This document shows, piece by piece, positions 27,185 through 40,141 of a stretch of DNA of 64,000 bases (positions within the stretch are counted from its first letter, which is position 1; every line of letters starts with the position of its first letter). The stretch is from the IMG/VR virus record IMGVR_UViG_3300001335_000606. One strand, given 5' to 3'. This stretch comes from an uncultured virus (IMG/VR IMGVR_UViG_3300001335_000606). Taxonomy: Duplodnaviria; Heunggongvirae; Uroviricota; Caudoviricetes. The notes under the pieces were generated by a model. That model made no database searches. It saw only the letters and a program-made list of their open reading frames with translations, and was not told the DNA's origin. Both the position numbers and the translations under genes were made by a program.

Positions 27185-28680
27185 TATTCCTCCCAAACTA
27201 TTTTTAGATAACCATCGTTCTAAAGTTGTTTCAATTTTTCTATTGGAATTCTAAAACCCTTAGGTGTATCAGCAGTTAATATCTTCTAAGCTTTAGTTCT
27301 CAAACTATCCCACTTCTATTTGTCAAGATAAGAATCTTTTTTAATTTTTAAATTATCATGATTTCCAGTGCCTATTTCCACAAACCTCTTAGCAACTTCT
27401 AAATAACTAAACTCATCAAGTAATTTATAATTGTTAGCAACGATTCTACGATAATCTTCGCTTGAAATATCTAAAGTTTTGTTTACTATATCCCCAAATT
27501 CTTTAGGAGTGGCGTTCCAGGGAATCATAATATAGTTTTCTCCAGCTTTGAAAAAAGTACCATTACCCTAATCATTATTTGAAAGACCTAAATTTCTTCC
27601 TATTATTAATACTCCATTCATCATTGCTTCAATTAACACCCTAGAGAAATGAGCATCAATTTCATAATTAATTTTGTACCATGCAGGTTCAATACAGATG
27701 AAAGTATCCTTAAAATATTTGTCCCTTGTATTCTAAGTAATAACATTGGACAGCTTAAAGTTTTTATTCCATCGTTTAGCTCTACTAAGAATACCATCTT
27801 CTATAAGATCCCCGGTAAGTTTCAACGGATGCTAATTTACATCAGGATCAATTTTCTAACTTGCCACATACTGAGTCTTTACTTTGCTCTTATCTTGTGT
27901 CATTAAATAACTACGCTATAATCCTTCTCCGACTATATCTATTTTAGCTTCAGGATCAATCCAAGGAACAGCTTTTACTATATCCTGAAATCTTTTTGAA
28001 GCTTTCCAAGTTCCTAACGCAAAAATTGTTTTCTTCTGTTTGTTATGATAATTATCTTTAGTTTTGTCCACTTTAGATAAATCTTGAGGATTTACAATCA
28101 AAGAAACAGGTAACCCTAGTCCGCAAGCCATATTGTAAGAAGCTGGATGAACACCAACTATTTCATCAAAATTATGTATTATAGTAGCAAGATAGGGGAA
28201 TCTTTGAGGCATGTTCCCATCATGAACCATCAAAATTTGCTTGGTGTTAGAATTGTTTCTTTTAAATAATTTAAGCCAACTGGTATCGCCACTATCTCTC
28301 AAAACTTTTTGATTAAAATTACCGACATCTTGCCATAATATAATATCTTGCTAATCAAATTCCTTAATGAGTTGATTTAAAACATCGGGATTTCGATAAC
28401 AATATGTATCCATCAAAAAACCCTTTCCAAGCATATGACCCCATACACCTAAATCCTAATAATAATTATAGTGCTAGGGTGTCTTCACCTGATCATAAAT
28501 ACCATTGTTACTCTATATATAATCAACGACTTTTTTATATTTAGAGGGATTCTTTTGATGCGATAACAAATAATATTTAACATCGTGCCCAAGCTATTTA
28601 AGACCTTTGAACAAATAATTGGAATAAGCTAAGTGACCACCATAAAAATTTCCAATATGATAAACTAATGCTATTTTCAT
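27184..28680 (-). CDS. Glycosyltransferase (GT-B/GT4-like), 498 aa, TAG-recoded
   Basis: MKIALVYH...GLK*LGHDV, VHDG, GTWKASKR, VLIEAMMNGV; joins fragments 27916..28302 and 27316..27528. Confidence 0.75.
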
Positions 28681-28717
28681 TCGTACCTCTTTTTTAATTA
28701 ATACTTTTTTTTATTCT

Positions 28718-28796
28718 TGGTACCCCGTAGGGGACTCGAACCCTCAGCGCCAGGAACCACAATCCCGTGCTCTACCAATTGTGAATTACACCCGCC
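28718..28796 (-). pseudogene. Chimeric tRNA-His(GUG)-like gene whose 3' end is copied from tRNA-Glu(CUC)
   Basis: GTG anticodon arm; acceptor halves do not pair; 3' 26 nt identical to 29549..29574. Confidence 0.6.
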
Positions 28797-29548
28797 ATTA
28801 AATCATGCTTCGCAATGCTCCATAAGAGTACAAAGCAAGTGGTTATAATCCCCAGACATTGCTTCTTCACGGACTTCCTTAATCTCATCAGCAGTCCAAC
28901 CCTCTTTGCGTGCTTGTGCCTGGAAAGATCCTATCAATGCAAATGCATTTCCATCCAATCCTACCAAATTCAATTTAACCTTTTTGTTCGACATTATTAA
29001 CTCCTTTCATCATCATATTGTTTAGTAATTTTTTGAATTTCTTTTTCGTACTCTTCTTTCAAAAATATAGAATCTACATTAGGATAAGATATCCATATAG
29101 TTTTTCCACATCGAGGGCAACTATATCCCCTGCCACCTTGAGAATCACAGTCAAAATGTTCCCATCTAATATTGCAATGAGGACACATTCCCTTATTAAA
29201 GGTGATACTTTCCGTATAAGAAAATATGCCATACAATAACAACATAACACCCGAAGCAATTAAAATTAGTAATACAATAAACATATTATAACTCCCTTTA
29301 TTCTTTCTCTGGTTTTGATTTTTGTAAACTTTTTTCATACTTCCATTTATAAAGTTCAAGAGATTCCATCAAATCGTATACTATTTTAAGTATCCAAGCC
29401 ATCCCAGCAATCGCTGGAATCAATGTTAACAAACCTGTTAAATCGTCAGGCATCTTCATTGATAACATGGAAAACGACATGATAATCACTAATGCAATTA
29501 TAGTTTGAATGTATTTTTTCATCATCTTCTCCTTGTAACCTATATTTC

Positions 29549-29625
29549 TGGTACCCCGTAGGGGACTCGAACCCCCATTCTTTTGACTGAGAATCAAACG
29601 ACTTAACCAATTCGTCTAACGGGGC
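29549..29625 (-). tRNA. tRNA-Glu(CUC)
   Basis: Cloverleaf, loop TTCTCAG, CCA end. Confidence 0.9.
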
Positions 29626-29631
29626 AAAGTT

Positions 29632-29707
29632 TGGTAGCGAAGGCAAGGTTTGAACTTGCGACACCCAGATTATGATTCTGGTGCTCTGCCAACTGAGCTA
29701 CTTCGCC
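29632..29707 (-). tRNA. tRNA-Met/Ile2(CAU)
   Basis: Cloverleaf, anticodon CAT. Confidence 0.85.
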
Positions 29708-29713
29708 AAAAAT

Positions 29714-29802
29714 TGGTAGTCGGGGAGAGAATCGAACTCTCAACTGAGTTTCCTCACAAATGATTTTAAGTCATTCCGCTTTGCCTGTTTGCGTACCCGA
29801 CC
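29714..29802 (-). tRNA. tRNA-Leu(UAA)
   Basis: Cloverleaf with long variable arm. Confidence 0.9.
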
Positions 29803-30207
29803 AATAAATAATAATATCGATACTTAAAGGATGTTTTCACATCTTCAAAAGCTTATTGACAAATGCATATATCTTATTGAAGTTGGGTTTTAAGCATATG
29901 ATAATATTCTCTTCCCAATTTATCAACCATATGGCAAGAACATTTCCGCCCTCTTTATCAAGAGCAACTTCCATTGATAGAGGAATAGTTCTACCATCAT
30001 ATGTCTTATAAGATACTTCCTTGATGTGTTCCCGTGATTCTACAGGAAGTTCATCATAGGTCATTTCATAGACAAAACGACCTTTACATATTGGATGATC
30101 GATGAGGAGATACTTTTCAAGATCTCTTGCTTCCAATGTAACCATAATGTAACCTCTCTTTCTTTCTGTTTATTATATTATAAAGAAATTCAGAAAAATG
30201 CTTTCAA

Positions 30208-30693
30208 TTATTTTTTGCTGTATAGGTTGGCAATTCCAGATGCAATTACAGACTGAGGCTTAAATTCTGGATGAAATCCCATACTTAACATCCAACCCTT
30301 TACACCTGGAATATGTTCACCAGACAAACCATTTTCAGATAGATCATGATGCGTAATTTTATCTTTTACATTTACACCACTTTCAATCAATGATAATACC
30401 ATTTGTGTAATCAACCCCGCTTCCTCATAAACTTTCCATGCTATCATGGACTTGATAGTGCCAAAGTTACGATGAGGTTTCTTATAATCCTTCTTAATGT
30501 AAAATATACCACCGTGACCTGGATCATAAATGGCAATAGCAGTAGCAAAACAGAATCTATGACGGATTTTTTGTGAATCAGATCCAACCACTATAACTGC
30601 ATTTGGTCTTTTATTCATATACTCTTCTATTTCCATAACCATTTGCGTAAAGGGAATTTTCCCCACCAGCGGTTTAAAGATTTTTCCTTCCAT
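30208..30693 (-). CDS. RNase H-like YkuK family protein
   Basis: VVGSDSQ, FATAIA, GHGG, H.D...NG.S, KP.S..AS..A. Confidence 0.75.
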   Translation of the reverse strand: MEGKIFKPLVGKIPFTQMVMEIEEYMNKRPNAVIVVGSDSQKIRHRFCFATAIAIYDPGHGGIFYIKKDYKKPHRNFGTIKSMIAWKVYEEAGLITQMVLSLIESGVNVKDKITHHDLSENGLSGEHIPGVKGWMLSMGFHPEFKPQSVIASGIANLYSKK

Positions 30694-30926
30694 TTTCCAT
30701 CCTTTAATATTTTATCTAAATAAACTAAATCTTTCAAAGCAATAACAAACTCATAGTAAAAATATTCAGTTCTGAAGAACTTGTCATTATATAAAATAGT
30801 AGCACTCCCAGTTTCTGGAGTATATGTCAATTTTGTGCCAGCAGGTATTTGACCTTGAAACAAATAGATTGTTTTTTTATAACTTGATTCATTCATTATA
30901 TTCAACCTCTTACTGATTTAAATTTA

Positions 30927-31000
30927 TGGCGGATACGACAGTACTCGAAACTGCACCTACATCAGTGACAGTGATGTGCTCTACATTAAGCTACGTATCC
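30927..31000 (-). tRNA. tRNA-Asp(GUC)
   Basis: Cloverleaf, GTC. Confidence 0.8.
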
Positions 31001-31709
31001 ACTTAAATTCTAACCAAACTGAACTACAGGTCTATTGTCAATTAAAAAATTTTAGAAAACAGGTGATCAGGATTTCAGATGTTGCTCGTACACTAAAACA
31101 ATAAGAAATCATGCCGATTGGTTAATATCCATATAAATAGTGGGCAATACTGATCAGAAATCTATAAATGATTCCCTTTTAACCTGTTTTCCAAGGAATA
31201 TAAAGCAGAGCCTATACCATGAGTTGCGTCTGGCATAACTTACGTCCCAAGGCAACATTGGAACTCTCTTTAATTCGCTTCAACATATTTATCAACAAAG
31301 TTATTCAAAGCAATCAAATTAGCCCTCTTATCATTTGCAATTTTGATAGCTTTTTCACGGCTTTCAGCTTTAACAATGTAATTTAAGCCGAGAATTTCTT
31401 TATTTTTAAATATAGCAAATTCATAATGATCAATCCATTTGTATTGATCATTGCAAATTTTGGGTTCAATAATATGATTACCATCTATATCCATATAACC
31501 TTGCCAAAGATCTTTAGAACCAACATAAGAAAGAGGTTCATCAACTTCTATAGGTTCAGGGGGATGATAATCGTGCTCAGGATTTCCTTTTGTTATATAA
31601 TCAATAAACTCTTGTGCTTTTTCTTTTGTGGAAAAAATACCGTCCACTCCAAAGGACGAATAATCCCCAGATGTTACCATGTAAACTTTCATAATTCTCT
31701 CCTAAAAAT

Positions 31710-31786
31710 TGGTAACGCCAGCGAGACTTGAACTCGCACTCTCTGGATTGAAAGTCCAGTGACTTAACCAGTTAGTCGATGGCGTC
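31710..31786 (-). tRNA. tRNA-Glu(UUC)
   Basis: Cloverleaf, loop CTTTCAA. Confidence 0.9.
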
Positions 31787-32097
31787 ATTTAATTTTTTTT
31801 AATGTTCTTGCCATATCTTTCGCAAGATTTACCCAATGATCAAAAGGCAAATCTGAAATGCGATAAACATAAACTCCAGTTTCTTTAGCCATTAATGCTT
31901 TTTTTGGATCTAAAGGAACAAAATAAAAGTATCCTTTCCCTTTAACAAGTTCAACACCATATTTCATTACCAAGTTATTAACTTGCGAAATTCGTGTTGG
32001 TCTGGTATCTTCGTGAATTAAATCTTTAATTTTCATAATCCTCCTTTTAAAATTTGGTGCCACCGACTGGCATCGAACCAGTGACTCCTAACTAAAA

Positions 32098-32173
32098 TGG
32101 TGGAGCCCACCCGAATTGAACGGATCCCTGGAGTGCTTCAAACTCCCGTGCTTACCTTTCACACCCGAGCTCC
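32098..32173 (-). tRNA. tRNA-Phe(GAA), atypical
   Basis: Acceptor GGAGCTC/GGGCTCC, loop TTGAAGC. Confidence 0.65.
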
Positions 32174-32606
32174 TTAAAGTGATGTTAAGAGCACTACATA
32201 TCTCTGCTGACATAAAGTCACGGTTTTTACAATGTAGCTCTAGGCAGTACTCTGCAGAATTCCCTGCCTTACCAGGCGTCTTAGTCAATATGATCTGTAC
32301 AAATCAATATTGATCTACGTCAAAATATGCTTCTAGTCGAGGTTTCCGCACATAATGACGATTTCAGATACTCTTAACACACTATATTATAAATATACTA
32401 TTACTTTCCATTCTGGTGCAGGTTTCCATTTTATATCTGCATCTGGTTGATAATAACCAATATCAACTTTATTGGCATATGCTATTGCCTTTTCAACAAT
32501 TCCTTCTGAAGATACACGGAGATACTTCAGTTCTCTTTCAGTCGCTTCACGATTTTCATCTTTGTTGACTAACTTGTACTTCATTTGTAAACCCCTTTAT
32601 AATTCT

Positions 32607-32681
32607 TGGAGCCGATGAAGGGAGTTGAACCCCCAACCTATTGATTACAAATCAATTGCTCTGCCATTGAGCTACATCGGC
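32607..32681 (-). tRNA. tRNA-Thr(UGU)
   Basis: Cloverleaf. Confidence 0.9.
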
Positions 32682-32687
32682 AAAATT

Positions 32688-32762
32688 TGGCGGAGCATAC
32701 GGGAGTTGAACCCGTCTTTCTGATGTGACAAACCAGTGTCCTTTCCGATGAACGAATGCTCC
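32688..32762 (-). tRNA. tRNA-Asp(GUC)
   Basis: Cloverleaf. Confidence 0.85.
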
Positions 32763-33240
32763 ATATAAAATAAGAAATCTATTCTGCATGAGGGTGGTAT
32801 TTCAACAACGACTAACCTAGCTCTTTCATAACTTACGTGAGTACCCTTCTTTCTACTCAACTAGGGTCAAACATCTCCCACCTATCCTACACAACATGCA
32901 GTGCGACAACAATGAGCTCCTTTTGTTGGCATAATAGATTTCTAAAAAATTGTGGATTTAACAGAGACACTTTTCAATTGAGTTGCTTGTCTTAGTAATT
33001 AATGAATCTCGTTAATTATTTCAAGTTCAACTAGTTCTATATTGTCAACAGAACCCACATATAAGTTTAAATTAAGAAATTCTTCGTAATCCTTGTATTC
33101 GTTTGCATCGTATCTAGCCATTCGTTCGAACCATTCTAAATAGCTTTTAGCTATCTTTTTAGTTCTGAATATTTTGAATGGTTTCCCACCAATTATCATT
33201 AAATAAACAATTTGCATATAATTACCTCATATTAAATACT

Positions 33241-33326
33241 TGGTACCCCTGAGAGGATTTGAACCTCCAATGGATCTCTCCGCTTGCTCCTAAGGCAAGT
33301 GCCTGTTCCAGTTCGGCTACAGGGGC
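33241..33326 (-). tRNA. tRNA-Leu(UAG anticodon)
   Basis: Cloverleaf, long variable arm. Confidence 0.9.
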
Positions 33327-33332
33327 AAAAAG

Positions 33333-33410
33333 TGGTACTCCAGGATGGACTTGAACCACCAACTTCCCGCTTATAAGACGGACTCTCTAACCAAATTGAG
33401 TTACTGGAGC
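33333..33410 (-). tRNA. tRNA-Ile(UAU)
   Basis: Cloverleaf, loop CTTATAA. Confidence 0.8.
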
Positions 33411-33710
33411 AAAAAAGAAGAAGAAATTGGTGAGACGCCTTAATTAAACTGGTGAGTTCTAGACCTCACTGGGCTGATGCATTAATCAAGTTAGGGTAAC
33501 AAGTAATATTCCATTGTCACAGCGAACTGTTAATTCCTTATCCTTCCATCAGTATTTATGATAAAGAATTCTTCACCCTTCTTCTTCTGTAAAAATATTG
33601 ACATGGCAGATGTTTTTCCGCATCTTGTTCTGGAATCGAACCAGTCAATACGGATCTTTCCTGTCCGTATCCCCTCAGCACTACGGCTGCCAAAAGTACC
33701 ATGTTTAAAA

Positions 33711-33787
33711 TGGCTCTGGCGACAGGGCTCGAACCTGCATACTCTCTGGTTAACAGCCAGCCATTCAACCGATTGAATTACGCCAGA
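33711..33787 (-). tRNA. tRNA-Asn(GUU)
   Basis: Cloverleaf, U1-A72. Confidence 0.9.
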
Positions 33788-34094
33788 TCAAAAATTTCAC
33801 TCTATTCGTTTTTTGATAATCTCTTTATTTATATTATAACCAAATTATAAAAAAACACCAATAAATTTTTAATTCATGCAAATAAATTCTTGAGGATGAA
33901 ACAATGCATATCCATCATCATCTTCAGGATGACATGCACAATCTTCAATCAAATCCCCAAACTTTTCTCGTATATACCAAAATAATTTCTTTTTAACATC
34001 CCAAAGAGCAAATATTGCTATTCTATGTTCTCCACGATACCATGCATTATCAATCAAATCTTTTTTATTGATATATTTCATAATAACTTTCCTT

Positions 34095-34185
34095 TGGAGG
34101 AGAGAAAGGGATTTGAACCCTTGGAACGCTCATCACGCTCAATCGCTTTCCAGACGACTCTGTTCGACCACTCCAGCACCTCTCC
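34095..34185 (-). tRNA. tRNA-Ser(GGA)
   Basis: Cloverleaf, long variable arm. Confidence 0.88.
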
Positions 34186-34356
34186 ATCTTATGCATTCTC
34201 GATTTATCTTTCTACGCTAAAATTTATTACAATAATGTTGTCTATATCTTCTATGACGGCGATGTAATAATATGTCACAAGGACAATCGTTCCATCCACC
34301 CTGTCCTATATAAGTTGTTTTGTTACGATGTCTATTTCTCATATTGATTTCCTTTT

Positions 34357-34430
34357 TGGAGCTGTGTACTGGACTCAAACCAGCATCTCTGGAATGGCAT
34401 TCCAGGGCACAATCCTTATACCAACACAGC
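34357..34430 (-). tRNA. tRNA-Gly(GCC)
   Basis: Cloverleaf. Confidence 0.75.
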
Positions 34431-35006
34431 TTAAAATTATACTATATCCGCCTCTTTTTTATCAATTCATTATACAGCAGATCCTCGTAAATATTGAGCA
34501 CCCTCTAATTCCATACCACAATTAAACAATTCATCTTTAAGATCAAGCTTATAAATTCCAGTTTTTTTAGTGGCATATCTAGTTATGTGCTTAATCAAAT
34601 CAGGATTCCTTCTTATATTTGTTAATATTTCAAAAACTTCTTTAATATTTTCCTTTGTAATATCGGTATCAAAGAAATTTTCTAAAACAGGTCTTGCTTT
34701 GATCAAAAAAATTTCTGCATTATTTAGCCTATTCGGACTTGATTTTACAGATATTTCAAAAAATGTGTATTGCTCCCAAAAAAATATGCTATACGACTTA
34801 ATTTCAATTTTGTATTTATCATCTTCAAATACAACAGGTTTTTCCTTTAGTTGATTAGAGGCAAACAATTGAAATAAGTCCGATATCATGTATTTGGAAT
34901 ATGCTTCATTTTGTAACCTTTCTAATCTTTGTTTAGACTCTAAAGCTTTTTGTGCCTTGCTTTTAAATGGCCACATATGTAACTCCTTTATAGATTTTTA
35001 AAATAG

Positions 35007-35082
35007 TGGTACTCCCAACTGGACTTGAACCAGTAACCCCTTGCTTGTAGGGCAAATGCTCTTCCAATTGAGCTATGGGAGT
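35007..35082 (-). tRNA. tRNA-Val(UAC)
   Basis: Cloverleaf. Confidence 0.88.
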
Positions 35083-35808
35083 AATATTATTCAATAAGTA
35101 ATATCACTTACATTAAGATTAAATTCACTCCTGATAGATTTTTCAGGAACACAAAAAATCATTTTAACATGATCGATATATTTTGCTTTATCGGCACGAT
35201 CTGGCCATTGATGCCAATCTTTAATTATACGAAGTTTAGGAACTCCAGTATAATTATTAGTATCTATCAATACATCGCCGTCAATGCATTGATTAAACTT
35301 GATCTGCCCACTCTTTGTTTTATAAGCGTAGACATACACTAAAGCTGGTTTTCCTTCCCAGTATACATTTCCTGTTGCTAGGAAGAAAGAACCTTTACCA
35401 GAACTGGTATTTGCACCTTTTAATCCCAAACTCACCAATTCATAAGTCGTTTCGGAAGTACCTTCAATACACTCGCAGGCACTCAATACCAATCCCACCA
35501 TAACCAAAATTATGGAACACACTAATAGTAAACTTTTTTTCATACTTATCCTCTCTTCTTTTTATAGTAACTCATTATATTGAAAAAAACCATAATTTTT
35601 CTAAAAATGTAATACGACATTAATATTATAACTGAAATTCCTAACCCAAGTAAAATATTTTTTATACAAAGTCCAGCATTTATATTGTAATACATATTAG
35701 ACAAAAACTTCATCATAAAAAAGATAAATAAACCTAAATAAATTTCATTGTATATGACGTCCAAAACTAGTTTTTTATTCACCATCTTACTCCTTGATAG
35801 TATTTATA

Positions 35809-35904
35809 TGGAGGAAGTTATGGGATTCGAACCCATGAAGCATGCTATTAACACACCTACACGATTAGCAGTCGTGTGTCATCAACCAACTCGACCAAAC
35901 TTCC
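35809..35904 (-). tRNA. tRNA-Ser(GCU)
   Basis: Cloverleaf, long variable arm. Confidence 0.88.
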
Positions 35905-36493
35905 TTATTAATCACCATCTTTACAGACAAAAAAATAAACTAACATCCATGAAATTAGAAATAATAATATACCTCCAAGAGTAGCCTGCAACCAGATTGG
36001 TGTTGGTATAGCTCCAATAGCAATAAGTACCATCACCAAACCAACTATCATAAATATTGTTACTAGTAAAGATGCCCAGATGCGTTTCATTAGTCACACA
36101 CTTCACTAACTAAATCTTCGGGATAAAACCATCTATCCTTTAAAAAATGTCCAATTCCATAAACCTTGTTGATGGAACAATCTACTCTAATCGGTTGACC
36201 TTTCAATTCATCTAGAGTATTGCAGTCCGCAATATCTAATACTGCTATAATATAATCCATTCCAAATTTACTGCCTTCGTAAGAATCAGTTTCTATGCTA
36301 TAATTAGAAAAACAATATCCAGAAAGAACTTGACCGAACCCGCCATAATCAAATTCCAAACGCAATACAAATGAAGGGGAATTCTGAACAAACCCCAATG
36401 ACACGGATGTTATTACAGCATTAACAATATCGCCCTAAGGACAAAAAAATTTTTTAACGAATTTACTTTTCATATTTACCTCTTGTTTTTAAT

Positions 36494-36586
36494 TGGAGCT
36501 TGGAGTGAGATTCGAACTCACGAGGAGTACATGGTTAACTCTGCGGGTTACAAATCCGCTGCAATCGTCCACTATGCGATCCAAGC
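36494..36586 (-). tRNA. tRNA with UGU (Thr) anticodon and an unusually long variable arm
   Basis: Anticodon arm GCGGA-TTTGTAA-CCCGC followed by a ~20-nt variable arm. Confidence 0.7.
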
Positions 36587-38561
36587 ATGCACTGTTCTAT
36601 CCATTTGAACTATCAGAGCTAATCAACTGCTCTTCCAACTGAGCTATGCTGACCATCAATATAAATCCTCACTATATAAACTTTCATTCTCTGAATAAAT
36701 TTCCATATAACCTTTAGCTAATCTGTATGCTTCTTTCCTATCTAAGAATCTGTTTTTTGAGGTTAAAAAACCTTGCGTAATAGTACCTTCAAATCCTTGT
36801 TCTCCACCAAATATAGCTCTAGTGTAAAAACACTCGTGATGACGATGACCGCAAATAACATAACCAGTTTCAATATTAATCGGTTTATAAACATACTTTT
36901 TTCCATCGTCAAAATGTACGGCAGCACAAATAATAATTTCTGGTCTTGATGAAACAATTTGTTCAAAAAACTCTTTTTGTGTCATACTAAATCCCATTCT
37001 TCTAATGCGAATTCAACTAATTCTTCAATTGATTCTTCTGGATATTTTTTGGCATATTTTATTAATGTCAAAATAACTTCGGCTTCCAAAAAATGATCTT
37101 CGGAAATGTCTAGCATTCTAAAAACCGCTTTTAAATCATCATCCACTTCTAAAGTTACAAGATTGGCAATCTCTTCAAAATACCCTTTACGAGTAGTTTC
37201 TTTCATTTTCATGTTCCTTGATTGCATTATTCACTTCTGGTATATTCAGTTTTTTCAGAATTGTTAAAAGAATTTTTCCAGCTACATTTCGTTTAGCTTT
37301 CTTTGAGGTTTTATGACCCATTAAATCATCTATTGATAGTTTTATGTAAATAAACGCTTTCATTACTAATAAAACTAATGCAGCAAGAAATAATAGTGCA
37401 AAAATAATAGCTATCGGCCCCCAAAGTGGAGCTGTAACCAACCACCAAGACCAATCAATTGAATGGGTCAATTTTAAACCCAAAAATAACAGAAATAACA
37501 GAGTAGCAAAAGTAACTCCATTACCATTATTTGTGTTTCGTTCACTCATTTACATCCTCCTTGAAGGTAACTTCTTTTTTTAATTCTTCAGGTGTTATTT
37601 TGTATTTTTCGTACTGTCTAGTAAAATACTCTTGAGGAATGCTTCTATCATTCTTCTTGCAACTATCTATCATATCAGTTAATTCTTCTTCTTCCACAAT
37701 ACACCATTCAGCTCCGCAGGGAGTATCAAGTGGGTTCCAAACACCTAAAACTCTTTCACCATTTTCATCATATATCCCGCCATTTTCCAATGCTTCAAGA
37801 CAACTACTGCAAAGATGCTCCTTAATGTATTCCATAGCATCTTCTCTGGTTTCAAACCCACCTTTAGATGGGTCATAATCCTCATATGCACTTAACAATA
37901 TCGCAATAAACATTTTGTTTCCTTTTTATACATAATGATTTAATCTATTTCTGGTTGAACAAGAAATCCTGTTGGCTTTGAATTAGATGGCAAATAAACC
38001 ACACGATCTCTGGGATCAAATCTATCAATAAACGAATCACCCTTTAAAGGATAAATTAATATAGTCAAAATCCAACTTTCGCCTGGAGCATAACTTTTAG
38101 AATAACATAACATTGGTTCCCGATCATCAGTGAATACAATTTTCACCCCTTCTGCATCAATAGTTTTAATTGAATACCCATCTCCCCATTTCACAAGAAA
38201 TTGAAATTTTGGTATCGAGTTAATGTGTCCTGAACCAAATAGAAATGATCCATCAAGAGCATCTTTTGGTCTAAGTGTTTCCAAATTATATACTTTATAC
38301 TCTTTGTTTATAACCTCTTTTGGCCACGATATTGTTCCGATAGCACCTGAAACAAACATCCACAATACTACAACTAATGTCGAAAACATAAGTATCAGAA
38401 TAATTGTGAAAAAATCAAATTCTTCTCCCTTTGTAGATCGACGTACTAAAAATACCAATAAAACTAATGCCATTAATGCTGTCATTGTATAAACCTCACT
38501 TTTTATTATCTGATATTTATTATAACCAAAAAATATTCAAGATTAACCTTTTTTCTTAAAG

Positions 38562-38637
38562 TGGAGCGGCGCATGGGATTCAAACCCATACCCTATGGTT
38601 GGAAGCCATATATGCTAATCATTAACACCAGCACCGC
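38562..38637 (-). tRNA. tRNA-Gly(UCC)
   Basis: Cloverleaf. Confidence 0.85.
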
Positions 38638-38643
38638 AAACTT

Positions 38644-38718
38644 TGGTGGACTCGGTCAGATTCGAACTGACACCGCCTACCGTGCAAGGGTAGTGCACTC
38701 CCGTTATACTACGAGCCC
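38644..38718 (-). tRNA. tRNA-Ala(UGC)
   Basis: Cloverleaf, G3-U70. Confidence 0.9.
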
Positions 38719-38721
38719 AAA

Positions 38722-38796
38722 TGGTCTCCCCTGATAGAATCGAACTATCATCACAAGATTAGAAGTCTAGTGCACTATCCATTGTGCTAAGGGGAG
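38722..38796 (-). tRNA. tRNA-Arg(UCU)
   Basis: Cloverleaf, loop CTTCTAA. Confidence 0.88.
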
Positions 38797-39177
38797 TAAT
38801 TTTCTTTACTTATCCCTGTTTAAAGATTATAATTTTTGATGAAAGACATATTCAATCCTTGAAGCATGCCTTTCTCATCGAAATAAAGATCTTTGTAATA
38901 AGCACTGCGAATACGAACCCAAGATTTATTTGGCACTGTATCAACTTGTGCTTCATAACGAAGTGATGTTTTATTAAATTTAATACGATAAAGTTTGTTG
39001 TTTTTAAATGACTTTTTGAAGTTTCCATAAGGATCTTCATTCCAGCCATTTGATTTAAAAAACTCTTTGGTTTCCTGAATCAATTTTTCTTTTTTGCGTT
39101 TTGTCATTTTTGTAATAACCTCTTTGTTCTCTTTTATATTATTATAACCAAATTTGAAAAAAAAAACTTAATTTTTA

Positions 39178-39633
39178 TTAATTTTCAACCTTGATTTCGT
39201 TTAATAATTTATCAACCGTATTTTTGCATGCTTTTTGCAATAAATCTTCTGATAATTCATAATAATTATAATTTCCACTTCTAGTCATTCCAGCCATTAC
39301 TCCATCAACCAAAAACTAAATAACATCAATTAAATCAACATCTTCCTTTATATCATTAGATAATAAATGATGTCTTTCAATTTGTTTATGCAAATTCCAC
39401 CAATTTTTTTGTTCAAATCCAGTTTTAAAATCATTATAAAATTGATCAATATATATTATTTTTGACCAATCATGTTTTAATCCTGCTTCAATTATTTTTC
39501 CAGCAATCCAATTCATGCCTTTTTTAACATCTTCTATATGATCAGTAGTTGATTGAATTAAATCCTATTTGGTCACCTATGAAACATCACATGTTCTAGT
39601 ATCTCCGATATTATTTTTACAAACTTTAATCAT
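39178..39633 (-). CDS. HD-like (DUF5662-type) protein, TAG-recoded
   Basis: HIEDV, HDWSK, RHH, DLIDVI*FLVD; ends TAA. Confidence 0.65.
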
Positions 39634-39788
39634 AATATTATCTTGAAATCTCTGTTATTCTTTCTTGTTTTTTTAATTGCTTCGGTAACAGACATTGCCT
39701 TAACTGGAATAAATCTCTTTCTTGTCTCCTATTTAACTTGAATTACAAATGTCTTTTCCCTCATTATAATTTCTCCCTTGTTAATATT

Positions 39789-39875
39789 TGGTAGCTCCAG
39801 AAGGACTTGAACCTTCACATCTATAAAGATACTGCATTTTGAGTGCAGCGTGTCTCCCAATTCCACCATGGAGCC
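39789..39875 (-). tRNA. tRNA-Leu(CAA)
   Basis: Cloverleaf, long variable arm. Confidence 0.9.
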
Positions 39876-39879
39876 AATA

Positions 39880-39955
39880 TGGCATCCCCAGCAGGACTTG
39901 AACCTGCAATCTATGGATTAGGAATCCATTGCATTTTCCATTATGCTATAGGGAT
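39880..39955 (-). tRNA. tRNA-Arg(CCU)
   Basis: Cloverleaf. Confidence 0.85.
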
Positions 39956-39959
39956 ATTA

Positions 39960-40036
39960 TGGAGCCCACTATCGTAGTTGAAACGATGACCTCTGACTTA
40001 CCAAGTCAGTGCTCTGACCTACTGAGCTAAGTGGGC
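39960..40036 (-). tRNA. tRNA-Thr(GGU)
   Basis: Cloverleaf. Confidence 0.85.
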
Positions 40037-40041
40037 AATAA

Positions 40042-40137
40042 TGGAGGAGAGGGTGGGATTTGAACCCACGAAACATATTTTCATATGCCTAATGGTTTTC
40101 GAAACCACCTCTTTCAACCAACCTCAGACACCTCTCC
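40042..40137 (-). tRNA. tRNA-Ser(CGA)
   Basis: Cloverleaf, long variable arm. Confidence 0.88.
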
Positions 40138-40141
40138 AATA

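Noticed and set aside
38722..38796. Possible second amber suppressor tRNA (loop contains CTA)
   Set aside because: In the correct register the loop is CT-TCT-AA, i.e. tRNA-Arg(UCU).
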